Shown: positions 9,880 through 18,336, counted from the first letter of the stretch. The stretch: DNA of 64,000 nt from an uncultured Candidatus Bathyarchaeia archaeon (GCA_964399485.1 CAYNQS010000006.1:27656-91655), one strand, 5' to 3'. Notes: generated from the sequence alone by a model not told the origin. Program-made: numbers and translations.

Positions 9880-11079
9880 TCAGCTTTCCTCAAAGTCCTC
9901 CATCTCCTTCTCTGTCTCTTTGAAGTAGCCTCTGTGTCTTCTACGCAAAAATATCACAGTTAGGACTGTGAACACGATTACTGCTATCCCTCCAACGATG
10001 GCGATAAGCAAGTAGTTGTAATCGAGCGTCGGGTTGATGAGTATTTGTGAAGCCTGAACAAACATAACTGAAGAGGCGGCGACCCCAATTACTATAACAA
10101 TGGTACGCCACAACCGTAGGTCCCGCTCAAAAAACCAGCGAACCGCCCTACCTGACAATATAACGCACATACCGATAGCGATGAGATATGTCGATCCATA
10201 AAGGAACTCTCCGGAAAGTCTTGGAATATGTGAAAAGGGGTCAATCACTGTGGTGGTATTTGTAACGGGGTCAGTTACTGGCGTAACAAAATTTGCCACT
10301 GCAGTTCCTCCCAGATAGCCGCCCACAAGAATCAGCAAGATTCCTGCAAGCGCTGAAAAGCTTGCTATCTGCACAGTGAATGGAGGAGGAGAGTAGTCTC
10401 TTATCCATTTGATAACGTTATGAACTGCTTTGTCGACCCTGAACCCTCGCAGAACAAGGAAAGCACCAATGATTACGCCGAGGGCTGGTATGGCGTATGT
10501 TAATCCGCCAGGGATAAATGCTAGGGCACCTAAAACTATTAAGAGGATTCCTGGGAGACCTAGGAGCATTCGGGAGTAGCGGGGGTTCTCTACAAGAAGT
10601 TTCATGTATCGCGTAAAGAGGGCTGCTGTTTCTTCGATGGATTTGCTGTGCTGTATCACGATTCTTCGAACAGAAGTAACCGGCACTCTTGACTCAATAA
10701 GCGGCAACACCATCTCGTCTGTGTATCCGTCGGTAACGAGGATAACATCTGTCGCCGGAAACTCTTTCAGAACCTCAGTTAGTTCGGATACCAGTTGCCT
10801 GTCAGCCTCCACTCCCTCCAAATCGGAGCCTGCTATGGTTGCAACCTCATGTTCTTCTTTTCCCTTGGTGCTCTTCTTCAGGTTGTCGTAGATGCGGACA
10901 GCCTCAAACATGGCATTGGCGTCAGCTTCCTCAGGGTCTCGGAGAGCTAGACTCGCAGCAGCATTCACGTTCTCTTTTCTTCCAAGAACAGGCGTGTTTA
11001 TTCCCGCTTTCATGCCGAGGTCATCGTCCCTGTCGACGCATAAAACAAGAATGCGCTCCGGCTTAGCTGCTGTCGGCAT
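9880..11079 (-). CDS. DUF373-family archaeal membrane protein
   Basis: 399 aa. N-terminal soluble domain with ILVLCVDRDDDLG, followed by multiple TM helices. Confidence 0.6.
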   Translation of the reverse strand: MPTAAKPERILVLCVDRDDDLGMKAGINTPVLGRKENVNAAASLALRDPEEADANAMFEAVRIYDNLKKSTKGKEEHEVATIAGSDLEGVEADRQLVSELTEVLKEFPATDVILVTDGYTDEMVLPLIESRVPVTSVRRIVIQHSKSIEETAALFTRYMKLLVENPRYSRMLLGLPGILLIVLGALAFIPGGLTYAIPALGVIIGAFLVLRGFRVDKAVHNVIKWIRDYSPPPFTVQIASFSALAGILLILVGGYLGGTAVANFVTPVTDPVTNTTTVIDPFSHIPRLSGEFLYGSTYLIAIGMCVILSGRAVRWFFERDLRLWRTIVIVIGVAASSVMFVQASQILINPTLDYNYLLIAIVGGIAVIVFTVLTVIFLRRRHRGYFKETEKEMEDFEES

Positions 11080-11186
11080 GTTTGCTCTCCTACCTTATTC
11101 TTTTATTCGGAGGCACACTTTAATCTTATCTTTCTTTTTTCTATTCAAGAATCCGTGAAAAAGTTTTGCCTGTGAATGTGCCAAAA

Positions 11187-12059
11187 TTAGAGCAGCCCTT
11201 TCTCCGCCAGAATCTGAAATTCTTCCCACAACAGCTTCTCGCCGCGCTTCAGCTTCGCTAATGCCCTCTTCTCCAGCTCTTTCTGGATTTCACTCTGGCG
11301 TTCAGCCTGTTTTTTATCCGCTTTTTCCTTCAAGTCTCGTTCGATGGTTCTGATTTTTTCTGCAAGTTCGACGCATTTTTGATGTGGGTTCTGGGCTTGC
11401 TGCTTGCTTTCCACATATTTTTGGTGGGCATCATCAGCTTCAACTTGGAGTTTGCGGGCTTTGTCTAAGGTTTCAAGCATCTTTTCATGGAATTTTTGGC
11501 TCTGTTCAGCCAGTTCAGAAAGTTTTCCGTGAAGGGTTTCTGCTTCAACTCTAAAGTTTCTCTCTTCGGTTCGCAGCTCAACGAGTTTTTGTTTCAGTTT
11601 TTTTATTTGCTTCTGAACTACGAGTTGTGCTTCAAGTTGTCTCACCCTGTTAACGAGAGTCTGCTCTTCCTTTACTGGGAGGGATGTTGTTTGAATCTTC
11701 CAGTCAATCTCCTCAATCTCCCTCTCTACCTGCCGCAGATTTCCTTTCGGCTTCTCTTCATTCAACACCCGAATTTTCTCTTGTAACTCCAAAATCTGTT
11801 CACGCTTCTCCCCGCGTCTAACCTTCACCTGATCACGCAGGTTTTTCAGTTCCTGAACCTTCTCGTTTAAGGCGTCTCTCTCTTCTTTGATGCTGCTTGC
11901 CTCTTTTCGCAGATTTCTGATTTTTTCGTGGATGGCATTTCTCTTTTCAGCCCACTTTTCTGCTTCCCTGCTCAGTTTGTTTCGTTCTTCCTTAAGCGGG
12001 GCCAACTCTTGGTTCAGTTTTTCGATTTCGTGTGCAGGGGAATCAGACATTTCTTTCAC
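11187..12059 (-). CDS. Archaeal coiled-coil protein (COG1340-like)
   Basis: 290 aa, almost entirely heptad-like K/E/L/Q-rich sequence. Confidence 0.6.
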   Translation of the reverse strand: MKEMSDSPAHEIEKLNQELAPLKEERNKLSREAEKWAEKRNAIHEKIRNLRKEASSIKEERDALNEKVQELKNLRDQVKVRRGEKREQILELQEKIRVLNEEKPKGNLRQVEREIEEIDWKIQTTSLPVKEEQTLVNRVRQLEAQLVVQKQIKKLKQKLVELRTEERNFRVEAETLHGKLSELAEQSQKFHEKMLETLDKARKLQVEADDAHQKYVESKQQAQNPHQKCVELAEKIRTIERDLKEKADKKQAERQSEIQKELEKRALAKLKRGEKLLWEEFQILAEKGLL

Positions 12060-12123
12060 ATCCTACGCTGGGCTTCTGCGCTAATCTTCTTCCGAGATGA
12101 AAAAGACTTCGTGATTGTGATGG

Positions 12124-12840
12124 TTAAGGGTTTTGTTCCAGTATGATTCTCGCATCGACCGTTTTTGCTCCCTTCTCGTAAACCATTACAGGATTCAGGT
12201 CAAGTTCTTTTATGTCTTGGTGGTCCATCACCAGCCTCGATGTGTTCACTAGGATTTTTGCTATGGTGTCTATGTCGGCTGGTGGTTGACCGCGGTAGCC
12301 TCGGAGGATGGGGTAAGCCTTTATTTCTGTAATCATCTCTTGGGCGTCCTCTTCAGTTATTGGGGCAATTCTGAACGCCACGTCTTTCATCACTTCCACG
12401 AAGATTCCGCCGACGCCGAACATCAAAGTTGGACCAAACTGCTGGTCTTTGATTGCCCCTACTATAACTTCTGTTGATTGGGGAGCCATTTCCTGAACTA
12501 GTATGCCGTTGATTTTTGCGTCTGGTTTATGTTTCTTTACGTTTTCTATGATTTTGTTGTAGGCGTTTATTGCGTCCTCTCGACTGTTGACGTTAAGGAT
12601 TACCCCGCCAACATCAAATTTGTGGAGTACGTCCGGAGAAACGATTTTGAGAACTGTGGGGTACCCGATTTCCTCGGAGAACTTTGCTGCTTCCTCGGCA
12701 GTTTTCGCTATCTTCAATTTTGTAACTGGGATTCCATATTCGCTGCAAACAGTTTTGGCTTCATGCTCAAGGAGGAAGTTTCTTCCCTCAGCTCTAGCTT
12801 CCTCAAAGATTTCGGTAACTTTTCTCGACAACGTCAACAA
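12124..12840 (-). CDS. acdB: Acetyl-CoA synthetase (ADP-forming), beta (ATP-grasp) subunit
   Basis: 238 aa. ATP-grasp_5-like pattern (EHEAKTVCSEYGIPV, VLKIVSPDVLHKFDVGGV, ELDLNPV). TTG start. Confidence 0.8.
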   Translation of the reverse strand: MLTLSRKVTEIFEEARAEGRNFLLEHEAKTVCSEYGIPVTKLKIAKTAEEAAKFSEEIGYPTVLKIVSPDVLHKFDVGGVILNVNSREDAINAYNKIIENVKKHKPDAKINGILVQEMAPQSTEVIVGAIKDQQFGPTLMFGVGGIFVEVMKDVAFRIAPITEEDAQEMITEIKAYPILRGYRGQPPADIDTIAKILVNTSRLVMDHQDIKELDLNPVMVYEKGAKTVDARIILEQNP

Positions 12841-12926
12841 CCTTTTTTCTTGGCTGCAGAGAGGTAGGTAAGTTTTTCCCCTTTCTAACTCTTTCGCATG
12901 TCTTTTCCGTAAACCCTTTAATCTTT

Positions 12927-12991
12927 TGTTGCTTGGTTTTCCAGAAAAAAATTAGTTTTCAACAATCTTCTGTTATTAGTCTCCTAATATG
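12927..12991 (-). repeat. Copy B of the conserved ~65-nt intergenic element
   Basis: Minus-strand sense: CATATTAGGAGACTAATAACAGAAGATTGTTGAAAACTAATTTTTTTCTGGAAAACCAAGCAACA. Lies 87-151 nt upstream of the acdB start in sense orientation. Confidence 0.7.
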
Positions 12992-13018
12992 CTCGGGGAT
13001 GTGGACAGCAAATCATAT

Positions 13019-13083
13019 TCTTGCTTGGAAAAACAGAAAAAATACTGTTTTCAACAATGAACCTCTATTAGTCTCCTAATATG
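13019..13083 (-). repeat. Copy A (diverged) of the conserved ~65-nt intergenic element, in tandem with copy B (92-nt period)
   Basis: Minus-strand sense: CATATTAGGAGACTAATAGAGGTTCATTGTTGAAAACAGTATTTTTTCTGTTTTTCCAAGCAAGA. Seven adjacent substitutions sit inside otherwise conserved blocks. Confidence 0.65.
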
Positions 13084-13121
13084 ATTGCAGAAACGTGTTT
13101 TTAACCTCTCAAAACCTTCGA

Positions 13122-13239
13122 TGGTGCGGGGGACGGGATTCGAACCCGTGGAGGCCTGCGCCAGAGGATCTTAAGTCCTCCCCCTTCTCCTAGGGGATCT
13201 GTTTGACCCGCTACTTAGACCTGGCTCGGGTACCCCCGC
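13122..13239 (-). tRNA. tRNA-Leu(UAA), type II with long variable arm, encoded CCA, ~25-29-nt non-canonical intron between D-arm and anticodon stem
   Basis: Minus strand reads GCGGGGGTA...GAGGA-CTTAAGA-TCCTC-TGGCGCAGGCCTCC-ACGGG-TTCGAAT-CCCGT-CCCCCGC-A-CCA. Acceptor, anticodon and T arms pair perfectly. Extra sequence containing a CCCC-TAGGAGAA-GGGG hairpin lies 5' of the anticodon stem. Confidence 0.8.
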
Positions 13240-13366
13240 CACCAAATATTCACAACGCACCTTCGACATAAATGTTGCTTGATTAACGTGGTGGCGTGTG
13301 CTGTGTTTTGTGGCGTTACGGTTATAACAGTCAAAATGTAAAAGATGTTTTGGCGGGAAAAAATCT

Positions 13367-13512
13367 GGGCGGGTATAGAAAGCTTTGTCGGCTTTCTACC
13401 GAAGCCTAGCTTGGATAGGGCACGAACAGCAGAATATGCTGGTGTAAGCCTCCTATCAGGGAAACTGGGATAGAGCTCGGGGTCACGGGTTCAAGTCCCG
13501 TCCCGCCCGCCA
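13367..13512 (+). tRNA. tRNA-Arg(CCU) candidate interrupted by three introns (about 28, 22 and 18 nt), encoded CCA
   Basis: GGGCGGG...ACGGG-TTCAAGT-CCCGT-CCCGCCC-G-CCA spans 146 nt. Removing 13376-13403, 13426-13447 and 13456-13473 gives a 78-nt cloverleaf with anticodon stem CGAGC/GCTCG and loop CTCCTAA. Confidence 0.7.
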
Positions 13513-13594
13513 ACCACAGAAACCACAAAATTTCGAATCTTTGAATGTTAGAATTTGCAGTTCGACGGGAACTAATCAGAAAGCGGAAAAGAGA

Positions 13595-13987
13595 TTACCG
13601 CATTTTGGCGTGTAGCCAGCCTCTTCCGCCCTTCTTTTGTTGTTGATCCTTTTTTGGTGTTGGTTTGGGCGGAGCAAATCTTCTGGTTGGCTTTTTCTGT
13701 TTACGTATGTTGTTTCGGACGAATTTGCCCCATCCACCTATCGTCGAATTTGGAGGAACTGCTTTTTCTGCGTCAAACTTCAGATATTCTTGCACTATGT
13801 CGAAGAAGTCTAGAAGCTTGAAGTCTCTTGTTGCCATGATCACGGTTCCCCGCTCAACAAACAGCCTCGAATAATCTTTTTTAGCTATACCCTCTGCCCT
13901 CACCTTGTCATCTAACCGATTTCGCCACAGATGTCTCCAATCGGTCCTCAACTCGTCAACAAACTCTCTCATGTCACTTTTTTCCAT
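13595..13987 (-). CDS. Hypothetical protein with highly basic C-terminal tail
   Basis: 130-aa ORF. K/R/P-rich tail (RKQKKPTRRFAPPKPTPKKDQQQKKGGRG). No family recognised. Confidence 0.4.
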   Translation of the reverse strand: MEKSDMREFVDELRTDWRHLWRNRLDDKVRAEGIAKKDYSRLFVERGTVIMATRDFKLLDFFDIVQEYLKFDAEKAVPPNSTIGGWGKFVRNNIRKQKKPTRRFAPPKPTPKKDQQQKKGGRGWLHAKMR

Positions 13988-14250
13988 TGCATCTTTCCTC
14001 CCTGCACCTGCGGAGCCAGATTCTTTGGTTTTCTTGCGGTGCTTGGATTTGTTGACTGGACTTAGTTATCCATTAATATAAACCCCTAAGAAAGGAACTT
14101 CCCTACCAGTTTTCTGTAGTTATCTTCTATAACTAAAATCTAGAAAATGCGCATCACTCTTCTGTAAGATTTTGAGGAATAATATGAAAATCAGATTCAC
14201 AAGATATTTATGCGCTGCAACAAACTCTCACTCTCTCCAGAGGATAACAA

Positions 14251-14487
14251 ATGTCATCCATCGACGAAATTCTATGGTTTCTCAAGGACGGAAAGTGGCA
14301 TGAACTGGAAGAAATCACAGAAAAACTTGCGCTACCAAAAATTAAGGCAGAACTAGCTGTCAGCTTCTTAAGCGAATACGACTTCATTCAACTAAACAAA
14401 ACCAGTGGAAGAGCTAAACTTCAACCCTCAACACTTGAATTCGTGAAGGAAATTCAACATCTTGAAAAAGAGGCTTCAAGTCATTAG
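14251..14487 (+). CDS. Small winged-helix-like protein (paralog of 56758-56988)
   Basis: 78 aa. MSSIDEILWFLKDGKWHELEEITEKL aligns with MPAETILRLLENGKWHHLKDIEKEA of the 76-aa ORF at 56758-56988, and the two share a similar C-terminal ...FVKEIQHLE / ...FLKRLRQLE. Confidence 0.5.
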   Translation: MSSIDEILWFLKDGKWHELEEITEKLALPKIKAELAVSFLSEYDFIQLNKTSGRAKLQPSTLEFVKEIQHLEKEASSH

Positions 14488-14802
14488 GCTTTTAAGGGCG
14501 CCGTAGGCGTCAAGAAATTTGAATCCCTTTTGTGTAGTTTTGAAATAGTTCAGTTTTGCGCCCTCTTTCTTTGAGTAGGAAGCCAAGAATCCCATCTCAC
14601 GAAGGATTTGCAGGTAAACTTGTAATTGGTTGTGACTCAGGTTACACCCATACATTATGCGCGTCTTCTTTGTGCCCCTCTTAGCCGCACTCAAAATATT
14701 AGCCATAATGTCTATGTCGCTTCTTTTTCGAACCAAACGGTGAGGTTCTGAGCTAATTCGAATTTTGCTTGCCATCAAATAAACTCCAAAAAAGGCTTCC
14801 AT
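14476..14802 (-). CDS. Winged helix-turn-helix protein (archaeal HTH_45-like)
   Basis: 108 aa. IMANILSAAKRGTKKTRIMYGCNLSHNQLQVYLQILREMGFL pattern. Confidence 0.55.
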   Translation of the reverse strand: MEAFFGVYLMASKIRISSEPHRLVRKRSDIDIMANILSAAKRGTKKTRIMYGCNLSHNQLQVYLQILREMGFLASYSKKEGAKLNYFKTTQKGFKFLDAYGALKSLMT

Positions 14803-15143
14803 CTAAGATGGTGATAGGGTAAGATATCTCTGTATATTTAAAATTTGTGCACCATTTTCAACGTCAAGTTCCAAACATGAGCTATGACAAAAACTTCAGA
14901 GTCACCGAAGAACCACTAAACAAGGAGACCAACACTCGGACAGGAACCGAGCAGACCCCCATCAATTCAGGTTTTGTGCAAATTGCAATGGTTACTCATG
15001 TTCTCGGGAGCTCCTCCTTAAACTATGTTGCCATAAAACCATGAAAACGGCTTCGAACAGAGCCTCCACAGAAGATTGGTTAGAAGCTGCTTGAAATAAG
15101 TTAATTACACTTTAGCTGTTTAATATACGAGAGGAGTAGACAC

Positions 15144-16229
15144 ATGATTTCCGATGCTTTGAAACTGTTTGCTAAAATGTTTCTCGTCATTACAGTGCTC
15201 ATCACAGTTTTCTTATACATCCTCGCCATCGTCTTAGGACCAACATTATTCTATTTCACGCCTGAAGGATTGGTCGCCAGCACAGTTCACTGGTCACCTC
15301 TGAAAGTATGGGTCCTCAACCTACCCGTCTCTGTTCCCATAGGACTTGACGTAGGCATACTCTTCTTTGGTCTCTGGAGCATATTCGCTTTAAGCTTCGC
15401 TGCAGCTTGGAAATTCAGAGAAAATTTCCACCAAACAATCAAAGAAAGCGCTGTTCAATCCCCAAGAAAACTTTTCAGCAGCTGCCTATTCGCCATGCCC
15501 ATCCTAAACAGCATGACCCTAATCGCTGTCATGGCAATCAACAGCTTTCAGGAAGCAGGAGGGATTCCAACAGGGACGCCCCCTCTGCAGGGAGAGCCTT
15601 TCTTAGATTTTTTTGATTTCTCCTATTCTGCCGTGGTTGAAGAAGTGGGGTTCCGGTTGATTCCAATCGGCGCTTTCCTCGTCATCTACTTATTCACAAC
15701 GAAAAATGGAACAGTGACGTTTTCTTTGAGCCGAAAAATCAAGCTTTTCTTTACGGCATTTCTGTTTCCTGATAGCGCCAAGAGAATGGTTGGCGCGAAA
15801 ACAGTGAACGAATATGGAGTTAGGGGCGGAATCAGTTTAGGCGAGTGGGGCATGGTTATCTTTACTTCACTGGTTTTCGGTTTGTCTCACTTTGACCCGG
15901 GGGTCAGCTGGGAGATTGGAAAGGTCAGCTCTGCTGCGTTTGCAGGTCTAGTTTTAGGCTTAAGTTATCTTCTCTATGGCATTCAGGCATCCATAATTAT
16001 GCATTGGTTCTTCAACGCTTATACCAACAGTTTCCTTCTCCTTTCAGAATTGCAACCTGCCGCAGCATCGTTTGCCAATGCAACAGTCATCTTCAGTTTC
16101 ATTCTTGGAATTCTCGGATGGTCGGCAGCCGCAATTCTAGGGGTCCGTAAGCTGGTTAGAGGCGCTGAAAAAAGAGGTGAAAACAGGCAGAGCCAAGCTA
16201 CTTCAAGCCTGCAAATATCGCCTCAGTGA
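15144..16229 (+). CDS. CPBP (CAAX/Abi) family intramembrane glutamic endopeptidase
   Basis: 361 aa, multi-TM. Motif 1 EEVGFRL, motif 2 FGLSHF, motif 3 HWFFN. Confidence 0.8.
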   Translation: MISDALKLFAKMFLVITVLITVFLYILAIVLGPTLFYFTPEGLVASTVHWSPLKVWVLNLPVSVPIGLDVGILFFGLWSIFALSFAAAWKFRENFHQTIKESAVQSPRKLFSSCLFAMPILNSMTLIAVMAINSFQEAGGIPTGTPPLQGEPFLDFFDFSYSAVVEEVGFRLIPIGAFLVIYLFTTKNGTVTFSLSRKIKLFFTAFLFPDSAKRMVGAKTVNEYGVRGGISLGEWGMVIFTSLVFGLSHFDPGVSWEIGKVSSAAFAGLVLGLSYLLYGIQASIIMHWFFNAYTNSFLLLSELQPAAASFANATVIFSFILGILGWSAAAILGVRKLVRGAEKRGENRQSQATSSLQISPQ

Positions 16230-17490
16230 GACTGCTGATAGGAACCGTTGTCTGTTCGCTTTTGTTCATGTCCTTTAGAACCACTTTCTTTTCCTCTAGT
16301 TCTTTTGGACCAACAATCACAGCGTAGGCGACGCCTCTTCTGTCCGCATCCGCCAGAGCCCTGGAGACGGAGCGACCCATAACCGCGACTTCCACAGCCA
16401 ACCCCGACTTCCTCAACGCGTCTGACAGCTCCAGAGTCTTTCCCATTGACTCGTCTTTCACCGCGATGACCACGACACTTTTCTCCTTTCCAGTTTTTGG
16501 GGAGACCCTTTGTTTCTTGAGGGCTAGAACAATTCTGTCAATCCCTTGGGCAACCCCAACCGCCGGAATCGGTTCTCCTCCGAAGAGTTGAATCAGCTTG
16601 TCGTAGCGTCCTCCACCACCCAATGCAACGTCGAGTCTAGGAACATAGGACTCAAAAATCATTCCAGTGTAATATTCGAGACCCCTAGCGAAGCCCGCCT
16701 CCACCGTAACCTCAAGCCTCACTCCGCTGTCTTTCACCAGCTCAAGGATTTCCCAAAGATTTTCTGCAGCAGCAACAGCACCGTCGTAGCCCTGAACAGT
16801 TTCCTTCACGGTTTCGAGAACCTTAAAGGTGTCCTCACCCCTTGTTTCGAAGAGACTTTCCAGAGCCGCTAAACATTTCTGCGAAACATCTGCGCCGCGG
16901 GCTATTGCAAGAGCCTCTTCCCAGCTTTTCTTGTCCAGCAGCTGCCTGACACTGTTCTGCTCTGCTTCATCCACCCCCTCCTGCTCCAGTATCCCCCTGA
17001 GGATTCCTGTGTGCCCAATCTTGAAACGGTAGTTGTTTAGTCCCAGCCTCTTGAGGAGGTCGTTGGTCAGCATGAGGATTTCTGCGTCTGCTTCCGGTCG
17101 GGGGGTGCCAAAAAGCTCATAGTTTGACTGCCAAAACTCCCGGAACCTGCCATACTGCGGCTCATCGTAGCGGTACAGGCTGCCTACGCTGAAGAGCCTC
17201 ATGGGCTTCGGTTCGTTCCTCAGTTTAGATGCCACCAGCCGAGCAACAGAGGCTGTGAACTCTGGGCGCAAAGCCACTTTTCTGCCTCCCAAGTCCTTGA
17301 AGGTATACATTCTTTCACGGATTTCCTCGCTGGTCTTAGCTGCCAACAGGTCGTAGGATTCTAGGACGGGAGTGATGATTTCTTCGTAGCCGTAGAGTTT
17401 AGAAACTTCTCTGGAAACCTGCTCCACACGACGCATTTTCTCGGCGTCTATGGGCAGCAGGTCTCTCATTCCGCGAACAGTCTTGAACAT
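16198..17490 (-). CDS. hisS: Histidine--tRNA ligase
   Basis: 430 aa. N-terminal VRGMRDLLP, class II motifs (ALRPEFT, YRYDEPQYGRFREFWQ, GGGGRYD) and a C-terminal anticodon-binding domain. Confidence 0.9.
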   Translation of the reverse strand: MFKTVRGMRDLLPIDAEKMRRVEQVSREVSKLYGYEEIITPVLESYDLLAAKTSEEIRERMYTFKDLGGRKVALRPEFTASVARLVASKLRNEPKPMRLFSVGSLYRYDEPQYGRFREFWQSNYELFGTPRPEADAEILMLTNDLLKRLGLNNYRFKIGHTGILRGILEQEGVDEAEQNSVRQLLDKKSWEEALAIARGADVSQKCLAALESLFETRGEDTFKVLETVKETVQGYDGAVAAAENLWEILELVKDSGVRLEVTVEAGFARGLEYYTGMIFESYVPRLDVALGGGGRYDKLIQLFGGEPIPAVGVAQGIDRIVLALKKQRVSPKTGKEKSVVVIAVKDESMGKTLELSDALRKSGLAVEVAVMGRSVSRALADADRRGVAYAVIVGPKELEEKKVVLKDMNKSEQTTVPISSLTEAIFAGLK

Positions 17491-17507
17491 TCCATCTCAC
17501 CAACATT

Positions 17508-18092
17508 CTATTTTAGGTTAAGTTCTGAAAGAGAATAGTAAACGATTTCCCCTCTCCGGTTTATAACCGCAAGAACCAAGTTTTTCTTCAAGTTCTGAAC
17601 GTACCGCTGCGTTCTCGCCAGCTTTTCAACGGAAACGGGCTGCCCCTCCTGTATGCCAAATATGAGGTGCTTGGCTGTTCCTTTGCCGTAATCGCCTCGT
17701 TCGTAGACTCGGAAATCGATTCCCAACCCGAAGCCTTCTCGCGCCACGTAGCCGCGACCCCTCAGGTCCCGGTAAATGAGGTATCTGACCCAAGCGTTTT
17801 TGTCAACTTGCTGGAAACGTTTGAGCAAGTCCTGAAAAGCCATATTCTTTTTTGTTTCTTTATTTGTAACCGTTATTGCTCCTTTGCCTAACAGTAACAG
17901 GGCTTCATAGAGGGTGAGACGCAGCTTTCCGTCTTCATCTACGCCGTAGCCTTTAGACGAAAATTCTTCGATTCCCTCCGGTGAAGAGACGGTTACAACT
18001 GTTCCTTTCACGGAAGCCTTAACAGGCACCACAACAGCATCTTTGGGCTTCTCAGCCTCAACCTCCGATTTCTCCAACACCAAAACCTTCAA
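17508..18092 (-). CDS. endA: tRNA-splicing (intron) endonuclease, catalytic-type subunit
   Basis: 194 aa. YLIYRDLRGRGYVAREGFGLGIDFRVYERG...KHLIFG matches the EndA catalytic domain pattern (Y...H...K). Confidence 0.85.
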   Translation of the reverse strand: MKVLVLEKSEVEAEKPKDAVVVPVKASVKGTVVTVSSPEGIEEFSSKGYGVDEDGKLRLTLYEALLLLGKGAITVTNKETKKNMAFQDLLKRFQQVDKNAWVRYLIYRDLRGRGYVAREGFGLGIDFRVYERGDYGKGTAKHLIFGIQEGQPVSVEKLARTQRYVQNLKKNLVLAVINRRGEIVYYSLSELNLK

Positions 18093-18336
18093 TCATCTAC
18101 CTAACCAGCCTATCATAATGTCTTAAGATTTTAATCTTTAGCCAACTGATAGTTTGAAACCCATTTTTTAGGGGAAAAAAGATTCTTTTCAAAGAAACCC
18201 TTAATCTGGTCTAGATGAAGTTGCTGCCAAAAATGTCTCCCGAATAGTTTTCATTTTTAGAATTGTCTACATTTTAGACCGTAAATCCCCAAAGCACACA
18301 TCTTAAATACAATAACGGCTGTAACGTTGAAGACAA

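Noticed and set aside
12955-13083. Possible CRISPR mini-array (two 37-nt repeats starting GTTTTCAAC, with a third solitary copy at 6481-6517).
   Set aside because: There are only two tandem units at 92-nt spacing. The spacer is homologous to the flank of the solitary copy, so the unit is about 65 nt or more. One repeat carries 7 clustered substitutions, and there are no cas genes or leader in the window. Reported instead as an unclassified repeat/sRNA candidate.
14825-14845. PAL look-alike TATATTTAAAATTTGTGC in the core region.
   Set aside because: It shares only the A/T centre and lacks the GGGG/CCCC arms and the GGGTTTGGGG flank. It is most likely an ordinary TATA box between divergent small genes.
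13513-15140. Integrated element at tRNA-Arg with an att duplication.
   Set aside because: I found no direct repeat of the tRNA 3' end (…CAAGTCCCGTCCCGCCCGCCA) downstream and no integrase gene. Only the weak contextual hint is reported.
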